64,000 bases of DNA from Lingula anatina (Eukaryota; Animalia; Brachiopoda). This document shows positions 25,453 to 37,434 of the stretch, piece by piece (positions within the stretch are counted from its first letter, which is position 1; every line of letters begins with the position of its first letter). Both the position numbers and the translations under genes were made by a program. Where the stretch lies: NCBI GenBank assembly GCA_051362555.1, contig CM120641.1, positions 8,928,001 to 8,992,000 on the forward strand, in the 5' to 3' direction. The notes beneath the pieces are model-generated. The model searched no databases, was not told where the DNA came from, and saw only the letters and a list, made by a program, of their open reading frames with translations.

Positions 25453-27590
25453 GTAACACAAACCACAATCTACACATTTGTAAATGTAACATTCTTTTCT
25501 CATTTAAAAAGTAATTGTTTAGAATCCAAACGGTCATTTTTCATTGCCCCTTTCCATGTGCTTCCCATTTATCTGGATATTTTTAAATATTTAGATAAGT
25601 ACAGCAAAATAATTGTGGTTAACATTTGTTCTTTATAATTTTTCGCGTTTTTTTAAATTGATTTCATTAGCCTCAGACAATATCTGTTTCGCTGAAAATT
25701 GCCATGCTCATTTCCAACACTGAATTCTCTATGCTGTTTTGACTAATACTTTTGTAGCAGATTTTGCTGTTGAGCTTTTAGTATAACAATGAAAATAAAT
25801 TAATGATAAGATAATAGTAAATATAATAATAATTTTTTTTAATTTTTTTTTATTATAAACTTTCTTTAAAGAACCCCAGACATTTTAGGTATACCTCAAA
25901 ATTTTAAAATACCTCAAATTATTTGTAATGTCATAGTTAAACATGTTACATGTGTATCTTGTAGTTTCCTTCTGTCGCGACGTAATCTGTAAACCTAATC
26001 TGTAAGTTCAAAGTGATCCAATTCCATTTCACATTGGTTGCTAAGAAAGACACAAAAATTTACATAATATGCTTTCATGGGTAATCTCTAACTATTTTTG
26101 TAGTATTTTGCATATATCTCTATTTGAAATATACAGGACGTCAAATACTGTAGAATGCAAGCCAAGTTTGGACAATTGGAAAAAGTAATTAAGTGTTATT
26201 TTCAAAATAAAAAATAAAAAAATAAATTAATTAATTAATTAATTAATTAATTAATTAATTAAAAACTGACACAATGCTCTCTCTCTCTATCATCTCTGTG
26301 ATGTTTATAGTATACAAAGGTTACGGACCATTTATATCCTGCACAGAACCATTAATACAATCATTCATATAGATATAAAATATCACCTGAAATATCTAAC
26401 TCATTGGATGGGTGAAGCATAAGAGACTGACCGTTGTTCTGATAAGCGTCAGTAGGCAGTTGATAAACATTTTTAGTTTAAAAAGTGTGAAGATGCAACG
26501 ACACACATTGATGATTAGCCAGAAAACCATTGCATTTAATAACAAATCCGGTCACATTTTCAAGCCAATTTTAAAGGTGGAATATTCAGCAAAATCAGAG
26601 TGCTAGTTAAGTAAAACCAGATTTAAGAAAATGTGGACAGAAAAAATTCGATTCAGAGAAAAGGCGTTTTAAGGAAGATTTAATTACCCGTGGGTAATTT
26701 AAAAGTTGTTTAATGCATATGTGCGTTTAACACAAGGGAATGCTAAAACTAAAAGTGTACAATCTGTTGAACGATGTCCGGAGATAATCAAAAGTTATTG
26801 TTTTATACTGCTCAACCCATAGCTGCCACCCTTTATTTCTGCAGTTTTTACCGAAATGCTAGGAGGCCTGTATAGTTATAGATACGAAATGACTGAGATT
26901 TTCAATTACATAGAACATCATCAATTTTCCACCAAGAGCCGTCAGTTTTCCACTAAGTCGCAAAATTTAATGTGTGTTAACCCATGAATTTATTTAAGAA
27001 CAAGCTTTTAATGCAAGTGACCCAAATGCATGAACCAATTCCCTGGATTAGATAGACAAACCCCAATTAGATATTCATATATCCATGTCTGTCAAATAGG
27101 CAACTCATATTACTGAAGTGAAAGCTCACTTAACAGTATACAGTCTATAACCGTGTAACTTAAATATATTCTATTGAATTTGTATCTTTAAAATTATCTT
27201 CAAAAGGTTTATAACGTACTATGTGTATATGTGAGTCTTGTCTTCATCTTTTTTGCAAGCTATAAACCAGGAAGATATCCTGTAAATCATGTACTCTGAA
27301 TCAAAAACAACATTATTAAGTCAATTTTGAAAAGAATCTTACAGCTTATAAATTACCACTCATCCCTGGGAAATCTATAAGCATACGAGTGTTAAAGTAG
27401 CCATTAAAAAGCAACCGGGAGCACTCCCCTGACGGGCTCGTGTCAATATTCACTGACTGTGCAATCCCATCTTTGCCTGTTAAAGGTATTTTATGATTAT
27501 CATCTGTAAAATATTCACCATAACTGTGCATTTTCGTTTATTCTGTGCTAATAAACCTTAAATAGAGTGAATACTTTTTTTATCTTCCAG

Positions 27591-28145
27591 ATGGTGAAAA
27601 CTATGATAACTGTAGTTGGCGTCTACACATTTTGCTGGTTGCCAATTCACTCCGTGACCATAGCATTGGATCTTCATCCAGAACTTCATGGCTACTACAT
27701 ATTTGTTATCTGGATAATATGTCATTGGTTAGCTATGAGCAACTCCTGCGTTAACCCCATTATATATTGCTGGATGAACCCGAAATACCAAAGAGGTTTC
27801 CTTTATGCGTTCCGTTGGCTACCCTGTATCAGAAACAAAGCCATTCCCACCCCAGCAGTCAAATTTACAAGCACATTTCGAACCAGTTTAAGAACAGTAA
27901 GTGTAAAGTCAAATTCATCCAGAAATGAAAATGGCAGATTTAGTAATTATAGAATAAGGTATTTTCGAGAGACTGGCCGTAAAACCTCTCCCAAGGAAAT
28001 TGAGTTCAATAAAGTTGCTTGTAGGGAAGATGTGGTAAATGATACGGATATCGTTCAGAGTAAGGAAGATACAAGTTCACACCAACAAGAAGAGTCATTT
28101 TCTTCTTGTGTAGATCACGAGTGTGTTGAAGATTCTCGGAGATAA
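27591..28145 (+). CDS. Luqin/RYamide receptor-like paralog 1, coding exon 2 (TM6-TM7 and tail; total about 425 aa)
   Basis: ttccag|ATG; CWLP, HWLAMSNSCVNPIIYCWMN. Confidence 0.9.
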   Translation: MVKTMITVVGVYTFCWLPIHSVTIALDLHPELHGYYIFVIWIICHWLAMSNSCVNPIIYCWMNPKYQRGFLYAFRWLPCIRNKAIPTPAVKFTSTFRTSLRTVSVKSNSSRNENGRFSNYRIRYFRETGRKTSPKEIEFNKVACREDVVNDTDIVQSKEDTSSHQQEESFSSCVDHECVEDSRR

Positions 28146-28759
28146 TGCGACCCTACTTTACTGAGAAGTGATCAAGCTAAGACTAAAAAGGGAGGGGAGG
28201 GGTAACTGCACCACTCGCAGTGTATACAAGCAACGAGTGCACATGGCGTTTTAAGCGGTTTAGCTGTTTGAAGTCGGTTGTCTTCCTTTCTCTTTCAATG
28301 AGAATTATAGTTTTCTAATATACGAATCTTTGTGCGTTGTATTATACACTCTAGTCTAAAGATATATTCTGAACTGTGGAAGACAAACGTTAATGGGTGA
28401 ACTGTTATACATGTAGGATATGGAATTAATGCAACCTCAGTGGTTCATTTCATTCAGTGCCCATAGGAGACTCGACTATTACACTCTTGTGATGGAAAAT
28501 CGACCTTTATTTAATTTACTGAACATCAGTTGTAAAATCAATTAGGCTTATAAGGAATGCGCAATTTATTTTTGAAACGTGCTACATGTATGTATATAAT
28601 CACTGAAATAGAGCTTGTTCATTCACCATTTAAACTTACAAGAGGGTGCATGTTCCAATAATGGATATTTGACAAGTAGTTTTGAATTTAGATGCTTCTT
28701 CCGTTTTGTACCATAACTGCTAAGTTATCTCTTTTTAATGAACCGTTTTCTCAGTTTAC

Positions 28760-30305
28760 CTCAGTTTACGCGCAAAAGAAATTCCATTCCAATTCTTCGC
28801 CACACAAAGTTCAGTGTTGAGGAGGAAAATTCTTTACTGCCTCTGGAGGATCATATCCCGGCATGGTTAAATGGTAATACCTCTAACTGATAATCTCTGC
28901 CAGACGTGCACTCAACACAACGTCTTCCGATGTGGACGGAATCCAAAATTGGCATTAATTGCATTATCACATCGAAAGTTGCTATCATTTATCAGCATCA
29001 GTCAATGATTGCCAGTGAGTGCGATCTCTTTGGGTAGTTATTGGAAAAGTTTAGGCGATGTTTATTGAATTGGACAACATAGTTAAACTGAAAATAAATG
29101 ATGATATTGATCTGAAATTGAGTAAAAGAAAATGGCACTGAGTGAATGTGTTAGGTGTGACATGGAGTGAGACGAAGATGCTCTATGGAGCTTTGGTGGT
29201 GGTTGTTTCATGAACAGAAATTGCTTTTAGTAGATGAAATCCCTCACCAGGCTTGGAATGTGAGTGGTTGCATTGTCGTGCTGCAGGAGGAAATTGTTCT
29301 GGAACAGATGTTGAGCGAATGGTGTCAAGTGGTTTCGGAGGCTGTCTCTGAGCATTTCAGTTACGTGTTAGAGCAGAATACTCCCTATAGTCTACTGTTG
29401 ACTGTATCTTTGGAAATGAAGATAAAATCAAATCAAATCACGAAAAGGTACCATTTGGTCTATCAAGCCTTTGCCTGTCGACCCTCACATTCTCACACCA
29501 AGACACTCTGTGGATTTCTTATATGGAGTTTTATGTGGTTGTTCCATGGGTAAAATTTGGCTTCAGTAGATGGACCCTTACCAGGCTTGGAATGTGAGAG
29601 GTTGCATGTTCTTGAGCGAATGGTATCTAGCGACTTTGGAGGGTGTCTCTCATGCCCACATCTTTGTCTTGGTTAAGGTGCGGTCTCTGCTACTCCAACT
29701 TCTTCTCAATATTGCGGACAGAACACACTCTTATATCCATACCAGGAAACATCTATTTGGATAGGCCCTAAACTCTTGTATTTCTTTACTCTGGCCCCAC
29801 CATCCACTGCCGTGTGTTCACCTTTGTCCCACGTAAGATGGTCAGTGAACCATATGGGCCAAGCTGTGTAGCCAAAACAATCCCATATACCAGAACAAAG
29901 TTACATGTTGAGTTTAGAAAACGCCTAGGGTATGACAATCTCTGAGCAATAATTTATGAAGACTGACTTCAAGTAATACAGTTAGTGTCATCTCCTTATA
30001 TTCTCTCTATTCATTAACTGAGATATAAACACGTCTTGAAAAATATCATGTGAGGACAGTATGATTAGGTTTGCATGTTTATACGGAAGCTTAGGATCAC
30101 CCATCATGCTCATTGTCAGTTGATCGCAAGGGTACGGCGTTTCATTATCAATGTGTGTTTTAAGCGTCGACTCAAAGAAAGCATTCAACATGCACAGCTG
30201 ATGCATTTCGTGATACTTCATAAAAAATGTGAATTCATCAACCATATACTGTGTCATTGTCTGCAGAGTTTGCACTCAAAATAATTACTTATTTGCAAAT
30301 GTGTA
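28760..30305 (-). mobile_element. Highly degenerate Tc1/mariner remnant
   Basis: Minus strand LQHDNA-like motif near 29270-29290, a partial internal duplication (about 29190-29350 vs 29520-29650) and a Tc1-like terminus near 30300; boundaries approximate. Confidence 0.45.
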
Positions 30306-30718
30306 TTGATTTGCACAATAAATGATGACACGAGTACACCTTGTTCTTATTTCTCATATTTAAGACCCTGGGACAGGGTGATCGCCTTATGCACAGGTTG
30401 GCGCACATTAAACATCAATTAACTTTTGATGCTGGCTGGTTAAATTGACCGAGTAATGAAAAATGATGGTTCTATCAAATCTAATTACCAAACCAATCTT
30501 CGACTGGACGATATCTTCTGTTTCGTTATTTTATCAATTTCTTTGGTTGGGATGTGCATGTATGTGGAAAATTCAGTTAGTGTTCATGCACGCGCGTTTT
30601 CATGTTCACACCGTGGCTGTCCGCAATTCATTAATTTTCATTACAATACTTACATTTTAGGAACGCTAGGAACATGATCCTCGTATTTTATTATTATTAT
30701 TTTAAAATGCGATAATTT

Positions 30719-30720
<2 letters not shown>

Positions 30721-30762
<42 letters not shown>
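30721..30762. repeat. Poly-T tract
   Basis: About 42 consecutive T. Confidence 0.9.
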
Positions 30763-30765
<3 letters not shown>

Positions 30766-32202
30766 AAAAATAAGACTTAAAACTGGTTTTTGTTAATCTA
30801 TTTTTGCAATCCAACTTTCTCTATTTACTTATTGGTGTAGTTCGTTTTCAACTGTACAAATCTTTTATACTAAAGCATATTATTTACGTGTACCTTTTCA
30901 TCGTATAAAATATTGCCAACCGCCAGTATGCTTTTTCTTTTACTTCTTTTTTCATCTCGATTATGTTCCCACTTGCCATGGAAGTAATAAAAGGATTTAA
31001 TTGCTGTTTATTGTAACTTTGTACGGTGTAGAATTTTGTCAAAAATTTCATTCATTTCAATTCACAAATGGCAAACTGATAATGGTGTTGTAAGCAAAGA
31101 AAAAACTTCAGGCCTACCAAAAAGCATAACCTCGTGATTGCGAGGTATTACGAGAATCACTGCTTCTCCCAAGTCACCGCCTTCATCCAACATATTTTCT
31201 TACCATGCTGCCTACACAATATGTCCAGCAGTCTCAGACGCCGTTATTATCATGACGGCGCCACAATGAAAGTTCCTACAGACGAGGCCCTATTGTGCCA
31301 TATATATACACTGGAAGAATCTGATTGACGAAAAAGACGCCGTGGGTCAACACAAGATGGTCGACGAATGTCTTACCATGTGAACAATTCTTTAAAGCAA
31401 CAGAACGCTTCGCTGTTATTTCAAAGGGCACATTTTTGGGTGAGAACCTTCAAATTGCACATCTACAATCGATGCTTAAGTGTAAAATGTGAACAATATA
31501 ATGGCTCTACACAGACATTGGCTTCGGGAATGTGGCGGTGGTGACAAGGGGGGAGGGGTGTCTGAATATCCAAAGCAGACACAATTGACCTACATTAATA
31601 TGTATAAAACACGTATATTTAACCTGACATTAGATACATTGTACCTCCTCATCTAGACTATAATGGTCTACTGGTACTTCCACCGCTAACATGTCCTCAT
31701 TTTATCTTACCCATGATGCATGCAACTTGATGGCCTATCTCTGCTCAAAATCACCATTGAGAGGATATACCGGTATATGTATGTACGTTTTGCATCACAG
31801 GAATAACGCAATATCTTGACTTAATATCAGTTGCATGTGTTTGTTGATTTGCCATTGTAACTCAAATACCCTAAGCTAAATCATATATTGGTTATTTTTC
31901 CATTATTCTAGTGGCATTTTGTCCTGACACAGCCCTCGAATTTAGTTACGATTGGCTGTCCCATTGCTTAGCAGCCAATTTACCACCAATTTACCAATAT
32001 TTAAATTCTCTAACCTAAGCATTTGCTCATATCCTTATTTGTTTCACAACATACATTGTCAGCGACAGTTACTCAACTTCCCTACTTAATGAACTCTGCC
32101 AATAGTGAACGCATTAAACACCGTAACTGAGCAGTTTTTGCGTCCAGCTGCTATATAAGCTGGACGTTTTCTACAGCGGTATGGCCATCTCGTCCGCAAC
32201 AT

Positions 32203-32220
32203 TGGTCTCGCGAGCCGGAT
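32203..32220 (+). other. Primer-binding site (tRNA-Tyr-like)
   Basis: TGGTCTCGCGAGCCGGAT, 1 nt after the LTR end ...CAACA; 15/18 match to the common BEL PBS TGGTCCTTCGAGCCGGAT. Confidence 0.75.
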
Positions 32221-32235
32221 TTCAACACCTACGGC

Positions 32236-34890
32236 ATGGATGAACGGAGATTGAAAGCCGCAAGAACCGGACGCCTGGCTGCCTTCACTAAACGTGTGCT
32301 GAAAGCAAGACAGCTCATCCATGATGAATCCACTAGAAAACATCGGTTATCGGAGATGAAAGACGAAATAACTACTCTAAAAAATGAATGCGAAACTTCT
32401 AACTTGAAATACATCGACATTCTGGAAGATGAAACGGCCATCACAGACGCCCAGATCTGGTTTGCTGACGTTGAAGAAACCTGCGCAGATTGTTTGGGAG
32501 AAATCTCCGAGGTTATACAAGTGACCAAGGAACAGCCGCAGCCAATTCAACAGCCTCAATCCCAAGAGCCTCAAGTCCATGATGTTCCCGTCGCTCCTAC
32601 CCCAGCACCAATAGACGCATGGATTGATGAACTTGTTCCATATAGTGAGACTGTTTTAGCCACACCCAATGATTCAGAGAAGTCCTATGAAGAATTACTT
32701 CTGAAGTGCATGTTCGAGAAGGATGCTCCGCGAGCCTCCATATCGCCATTCAACGGGTCTGCACTAGACTGGCCAAGGTTTGCTGAACTATTTTACGAAG
32801 AAGTGCACAAGCAACTCTATTTTAAGGATACCCGACGCATGTGGTTACTACAGAGCAGTGTAACTGGTCAAGCAAAACAACATATCGCGGGATATGGAAT
32901 CGATGGTGCAGCATATGCCATAGCCTTGAAAGCTCTAAAACACAGATTCGGACATAGATCGCTGGTGGCCCGAGCATTTTTGGAACGAGTGACAGATGGC
33001 CCAACAATCAAGGACCGGGACCGGGTACAACTTGAATCGTTTTATGTCAACATCCGAGACTGTATTTTTGTTCTAAAGCGGATGAATTATCAAGCAGACG
33101 TCATGAATGTGGACACGGTACGACGTTGTACACTTCGCCTCGCACTACGTATGAGAGAACGTTGGGCTGAGTGCTGCCGTATTCTGCGAGCAACCCACGA
33201 ACCAACTCTAGAAGATTTGGAAGGCTGGTTATCAGACAGAGTAACTTCACTATTTGATCCACTCCTCGCAGAAGATGTTTATGAGACGGTTCAACCCAGA
33301 AGTCGTAAAGCGTCCTCCTTTCACACTACTCAGCCTGTTCCTGAGGAGAGAAAACCTGTTGACCATCCATTCTCCAAGACGTCATCTTCGAGACCCTCTT
33401 CGCAGTCCACCTGTGTTGTTTGTGGATGTCTCCATGCACTTTACAAGTGTGAACTTTATCTAGCAATGACAACAAAGAAACGGTTTGAATGCGTCAATTC
33501 CCATCGACTTTGCAGGCATTGTCTACGGCCAGGACACATTGCATCTGATTGTACCTCCCCTGGGCGCTGCAGAGCTGATAATTGCAACAAGAGACATCAC
33601 ACAACTCTCCATGGCGTCCCACAGGAAGTTTACCACCCTCGGTCCACGTGTGTATCTTCCAGTGCAGTGCAGGCAGAAGTACAGGCCCCGTCAGCAACTG
33701 AAAAAGCTCAACCCAAGAGATCCTTTGCTACGCAAAATCCTAATTCTGAAGTTTATCTGCAAGTTGTTCCTGTGATCGTGACGTCACCCACCGGTGAGAA
33801 GATCAACACTAGTGCCTTACTAGACTGTGGAAGTCAACTAACTATGATACGCCGTGATTTAGCCAGTCAGCTCAACTTGTCTGGTCCAATGGAGATCCTA
33901 CAGATGGGAACAGTAACTCGAGATGAAGATTGCCAGCGAGCACAGCTAGTCAGTTTCACCATTTCCTCAGCCATTGAAGACGATGATGCCTCTTTCCCAG
34001 TCCAGCAGGCATGGGCGGTAGACAAGTTGAACATACCCCCACAACGCTCCGTCATGATCAACAATTTGCCACACCTCCGAGATCTGAAAGATGTTTTACC
34101 AGACTGCCCTGATATTGGCTTGTTAATCGGTGGTGATGTACCTGACATCATGGTCCAGACAGACATCAGACGTGGTCCTCCGGGAACTCCCATAGCTATA
34201 AAGACTGGTCTTGGTTGGTCACTTCTTGGAAGATTGGCAGACCCGACTACGAAACAGCACCGTCTTCACGTCCTCCACGCTAGTTTCAAGTCCATTGACA
34301 GAGGGGATGCTGATCAACTTGAGAAAATTTTCACGACAGAATCATTTGGTTGCAAGTGCGGTATGCAGTGCGGCATCGACACACTCCGACGACCACAGCT
34401 TGTAGCAACGACCGGCGGCTCGACAGCAGCGGTTCTCTCCAGCGCCTCGCACCGGCCTACGACTCCGCGGTCACCCCGGCGGCTCGACAGCAGCGGTTCT
34501 CTCCAGCGCCTCGCACCGGCCTACGACTCCGCGGTCACCCCGGCGGCTCGACAGCAGCGGTTCTCTCCAGCGCCTCGAACCGGCCTACGACTCCGCGGTC
34601 ACCCCGGCGGCTCGACAGCAGCGGTTCTCTCCAGCGTCTCGCACCGGCCTACGACTCCGCGGTCACCCCGGCGGCTCGACAGCAGCGGTTCTCTACAGCA
34701 CCTCGCACCGGCCCACGATTCTGCGGTCACCCAGGCGGCTCGACAGCGGTCTACTCCTGCTCCAATCATCGGCCCAAGACTCGACGGTCACCCCGGCGGC
34801 TCGATATCGGTCTACTCGACTCCTGCGCCACTCACTGCCCACGACCCAGCAGTCATCCCGGCGGCTTACGACAGTGGTATCTCTCGATAG
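32236..34890 (+). CDS. BEL/Pao gag-protease polyprotein (884 aa) with a repeat-derived C-terminal tail
   Basis: DUF1759-like FNGSALDWPRFAELF; three Zn knuckles CVVCGCLHALYKC / CRHCLRPGHIASDC / CRADNCNKRHHTTLH; protease ALLDCGSQ; PIAIKTGLGWSLLG; homology stops near FTTESFG. Confidence 0.85.
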   Translation: MDERRLKAARTGRLAAFTKRVLKARQLIHDESTRKHRLSEMKDEITTLKNECETSNLKYIDILEDETAITDAQIWFADVEETCADCLGEISEVIQVTKEQPQPIQQPQSQEPQVHDVPVAPTPAPIDAWIDELVPYSETVLATPNDSEKSYEELLLKCMFEKDAPRASISPFNGSALDWPRFAELFYEEVHKQLYFKDTRRMWLLQSSVTGQAKQHIAGYGIDGAAYAIALKALKHRFGHRSLVARAFLERVTDGPTIKDRDRVQLESFYVNIRDCIFVLKRMNYQADVMNVDTVRRCTLRLALRMRERWAECCRILRATHEPTLEDLEGWLSDRVTSLFDPLLAEDVYETVQPRSRKASSFHTTQPVPEERKPVDHPFSKTSSSRPSSQSTCVVCGCLHALYKCELYLAMTTKKRFECVNSHRLCRHCLRPGHIASDCTSPGRCRADNCNKRHHTTLHGVPQEVYHPRSTCVSSSAVQAEVQAPSATEKAQPKRSFATQNPNSEVYLQVVPVIVTSPTGEKINTSALLDCGSQLTMIRRDLASQLNLSGPMEILQMGTVTRDEDCQRAQLVSFTISSAIEDDDASFPVQQAWAVDKLNIPPQRSVMINNLPHLRDLKDVLPDCPDIGLLIGGDVPDIMVQTDIRRGPPGTPIAIKTGLGWSLLGRLADPTTKQHRLHVLHASFKSIDRGDADQLEKIFTTESFGCKCGMQCGIDTLRRPQLVATTGGSTAAVLSSASHRPTTPRSPRRLDSSGSLQRLAPAYDSAVTPAARQQRFSPAPRTGLRLRGHPGGSTAAVLSSVSHRPTTPRSPRRLDSSGSLQHLAPAHDSAVTQAARQRSTPAPIIGPRLDGHPGGSISVYSTPAPLTAHDPAVIPAAYDSGISR
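34413..34880 (+). repeat. 64-bp GC-rich tandem repeat (about 5 near-perfect plus 2 degenerate copies)
   Basis: CGACAGC recurs at 34421, 34485, 34549, 34613, 34677 and 34741. Confidence 0.92.
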
Positions 34891-37040
34891 TAGTCCAACC
34901 GACAGCGATCCATTTCGATTTGGTTTAATTTTATTTTCATTCAATTTTTGTAACCATTTATTCGCTATTAAATTATTTATTTATTTATTTACTTCGTTCT
35001 TGTTGCTTCTGTCACCGTCTCGTCCGCAACATACATATTTCAGTACAAAAAGGGATCTGTGTACGTGGGTTTATAATATACACTCTTGCTAAAAATGATG
35101 GAATGTTTTGGAAATAAAAGACATAAATTATTACTTTATAGCTCACTGTGATACTTGTCACAAAACCCTTCCACAGCTGGCTGTAGCATTGACCAAACTC
35201 TTTTCAAGGAAAATTTAATTAGCTTAATTCAAGGTTTTGGCCAAAAATAAAACTTTACGTCTTCAAGTTTCTTAGCGCAATAGGCAACCCAAAACTTCCA
35301 CGGTTCGTGTCTGACTTACACAAAGTCGCACAAAGAAAGCCCAAGTACACATAATGATCAGCGAACTGTACAACAGATTTTGGCGGACGGCCACGTGTAC
35401 ACTTATGACGCAATCACTGCTATTTGCGGTAGCAAGCCAATTTTGAACAGCACATTTGAAGTGTGCCAATGTCTTGTCTTATAGCCCGAGAGAGGAAAGA
35501 CTTGGTCATCAACAAAGTACAGGAACTGGTTGAGTTACCACCTCGAATTATAGAGGACGTCATCCGGGTTTGTGAAAGCTACGCGAGATTCTTACTCTGT
35601 GATTAAATTCTTAACGGCACAGCATGGTCTTTGGGATGACTCTGTTGTTCTCCACTAAGCCATGTTTCCTTGAACAGGATAGGGGGCCTATTTGCTTTTC
35701 TCTTAAAAAATTGCCGATAATTTAAGAGCGTACTTGTATCCCTTTTTAAGTGATAATCTATATCCAGATGGGATCCAAAAGAAAAAAAATCCAAATACAT
35801 TGTTACTTATGAGTATAACAAGAAATTACACTAAAACACTAATGAGCTGATTATATAAAACATTTTGCCGTAGTTTGACTTCACTGAAGTCCAGATACAA
35901 AATTATGTTTGAAATTCCCATCATTTTTAGCGAGAATGTAAGTTTTATGCATACATGTAGTGCAACACATGTATTACGAAAAATATTGTCTAATTCCGGA
36001 AATGCTATATCTCTGGTACTGTTTTTAAAATATTATTAAAAAAACATGATGAACATAATTGTTTCAGGGTATTGTGAAACGTTTGTGTTAAAGGACACTT
36101 TCTGTTTGATAAGACTTCCTACAATGTTTTCTCCACGCTCGCGTGTTGGATTACATTTCTTCCTCCTCTCAGTTTTATGTCGTTTTAATATTTTTCCTCG
36201 TGGACTGAAAGTAGAAGTCGAAGAACCCCAGAACGTCATCAAGTTTGAAATAATGGATCTTTGATCGTGTCAGAAGACTGAAGGGTAGCTACAGTTTAAC
36301 AGAGCTCCTGACCCTGAACTTAAAGGACCATTATCAAAGACCTATAAGAACAAGAATTTCTGACTACAACATCAACAATGGGACGGTTTATTGACCATGT
36401 ACCTTTTACTTATACTCACCCCGACAAAGGTATACCAACATAGCAAATTCAGTTTGTATATCGTAGAATACGATGCGACAAATGTGGGGCAGGTTGTCGA
36501 CGCATGTTGGGTTATTTATCACGAGAAAAGAGGAAATTGTATTTAAAGATAAAACAAACATTCCTCCAGAGAAAAAATCAATTTCTTCCAATTTCAATAA
36601 CCACTTTCCTACAATATTGTTCTGGTGCACTTTGAAGTCCCAATATTCAATAATAAGTAGAGTGTGTTTGTTCCAACTGACCAGCAGTACAAATGCGAAG
36701 GAAATCAAATTGTGTGCGTAAAAACTCCATCATTACATCTTTGAAAAGGAAAAGATAAAGCTGTTTAAAACGTGGGCTCCCGATCTCTTCAAAGAAAAAT
36801 TGTTTGCGTGTTCTGTGTAAAGATAATTCGTATATTCATTATATCTAAAACGCACATTAACTATCGTAATACGGTTGGTTAAATCTTACCAAATGGTTAA
36901 TTATTAGTACATTCAAAAATACATTTCTTTAATGTACTGTGATGTAAAATATTTGTTTTAGCATCAATAAAGAGACGAGGTTTCCCTAAAGAGACAAAGA
37001 GTAAGATTTTAACACACGTCTTAACGTGTACTTGAAAGTA

Positions 37041-37434
37041 CAGAGGGGTGGCAAAAGTATTGCACAATCTGTGTGAATAGTGTGCTTTGTGGCATGGGAG
37101 ACCTGTTCGTAAAAAGTGACCGCGGTTATTTGATGAATTTTCATCAGCGAACACTATAAATGGTGTCATCGAAGGTTTGTCGCTCTTCTGGCTCTCAAGT
37201 GGCTACCAACCTTTCGCAGTTTATGCCTAGCAGGATGGAGGGTATCCCACAAAAGGTTAATGCTCACACAATATCATGCGTTTTGTGAGGGGGAAAAACT
37301 GGTCCGTTAGCCTGCACTTAAAATACTAACTTGACATAACCACTTTTCAATAAAATACCAAACAAAAAACCTTATAAATCCATCTGTTATTCACTTTTAA
37401 GAAAAATGGTGCAATACTTTTGCCCCCCCCACTG
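37041..37434. mobile_element. Tc1-derived MITE
   Basis: TIR CAG(A/T)GGGG-GGCAAAAGTATTGCAC with TA on both sides. Confidence 0.75.

Larger units (their letters stand above)
32057..35031 (+). mobile_element. BEL/Pao LTR retrotransposon derivative lacking RT/RH/IN
   Basis: TG...CA termini, 5-bp TSD TACAT (32052-56 and 35032-36), PBS at 32203-20, BEL-type gag and protease. Confidence 0.9.

Noticed and set aside
25453-25638. C-terminal extension of the 306-aa GPCR ORF (likewise 40794-40901 for paralog 2)
   Set aside because: Intronic read-through after the conserved SKRK|GT donor
34413-34880. CRISPR-like regular repeat
   Set aside because: Head-to-tail units with no unique spacers, in a eukaryotic retroelement
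34350-34928. 192-aa overlapping ORF
   Set aside because: Non-ATG start; simply another frame of the stop-free 64-bp repeat
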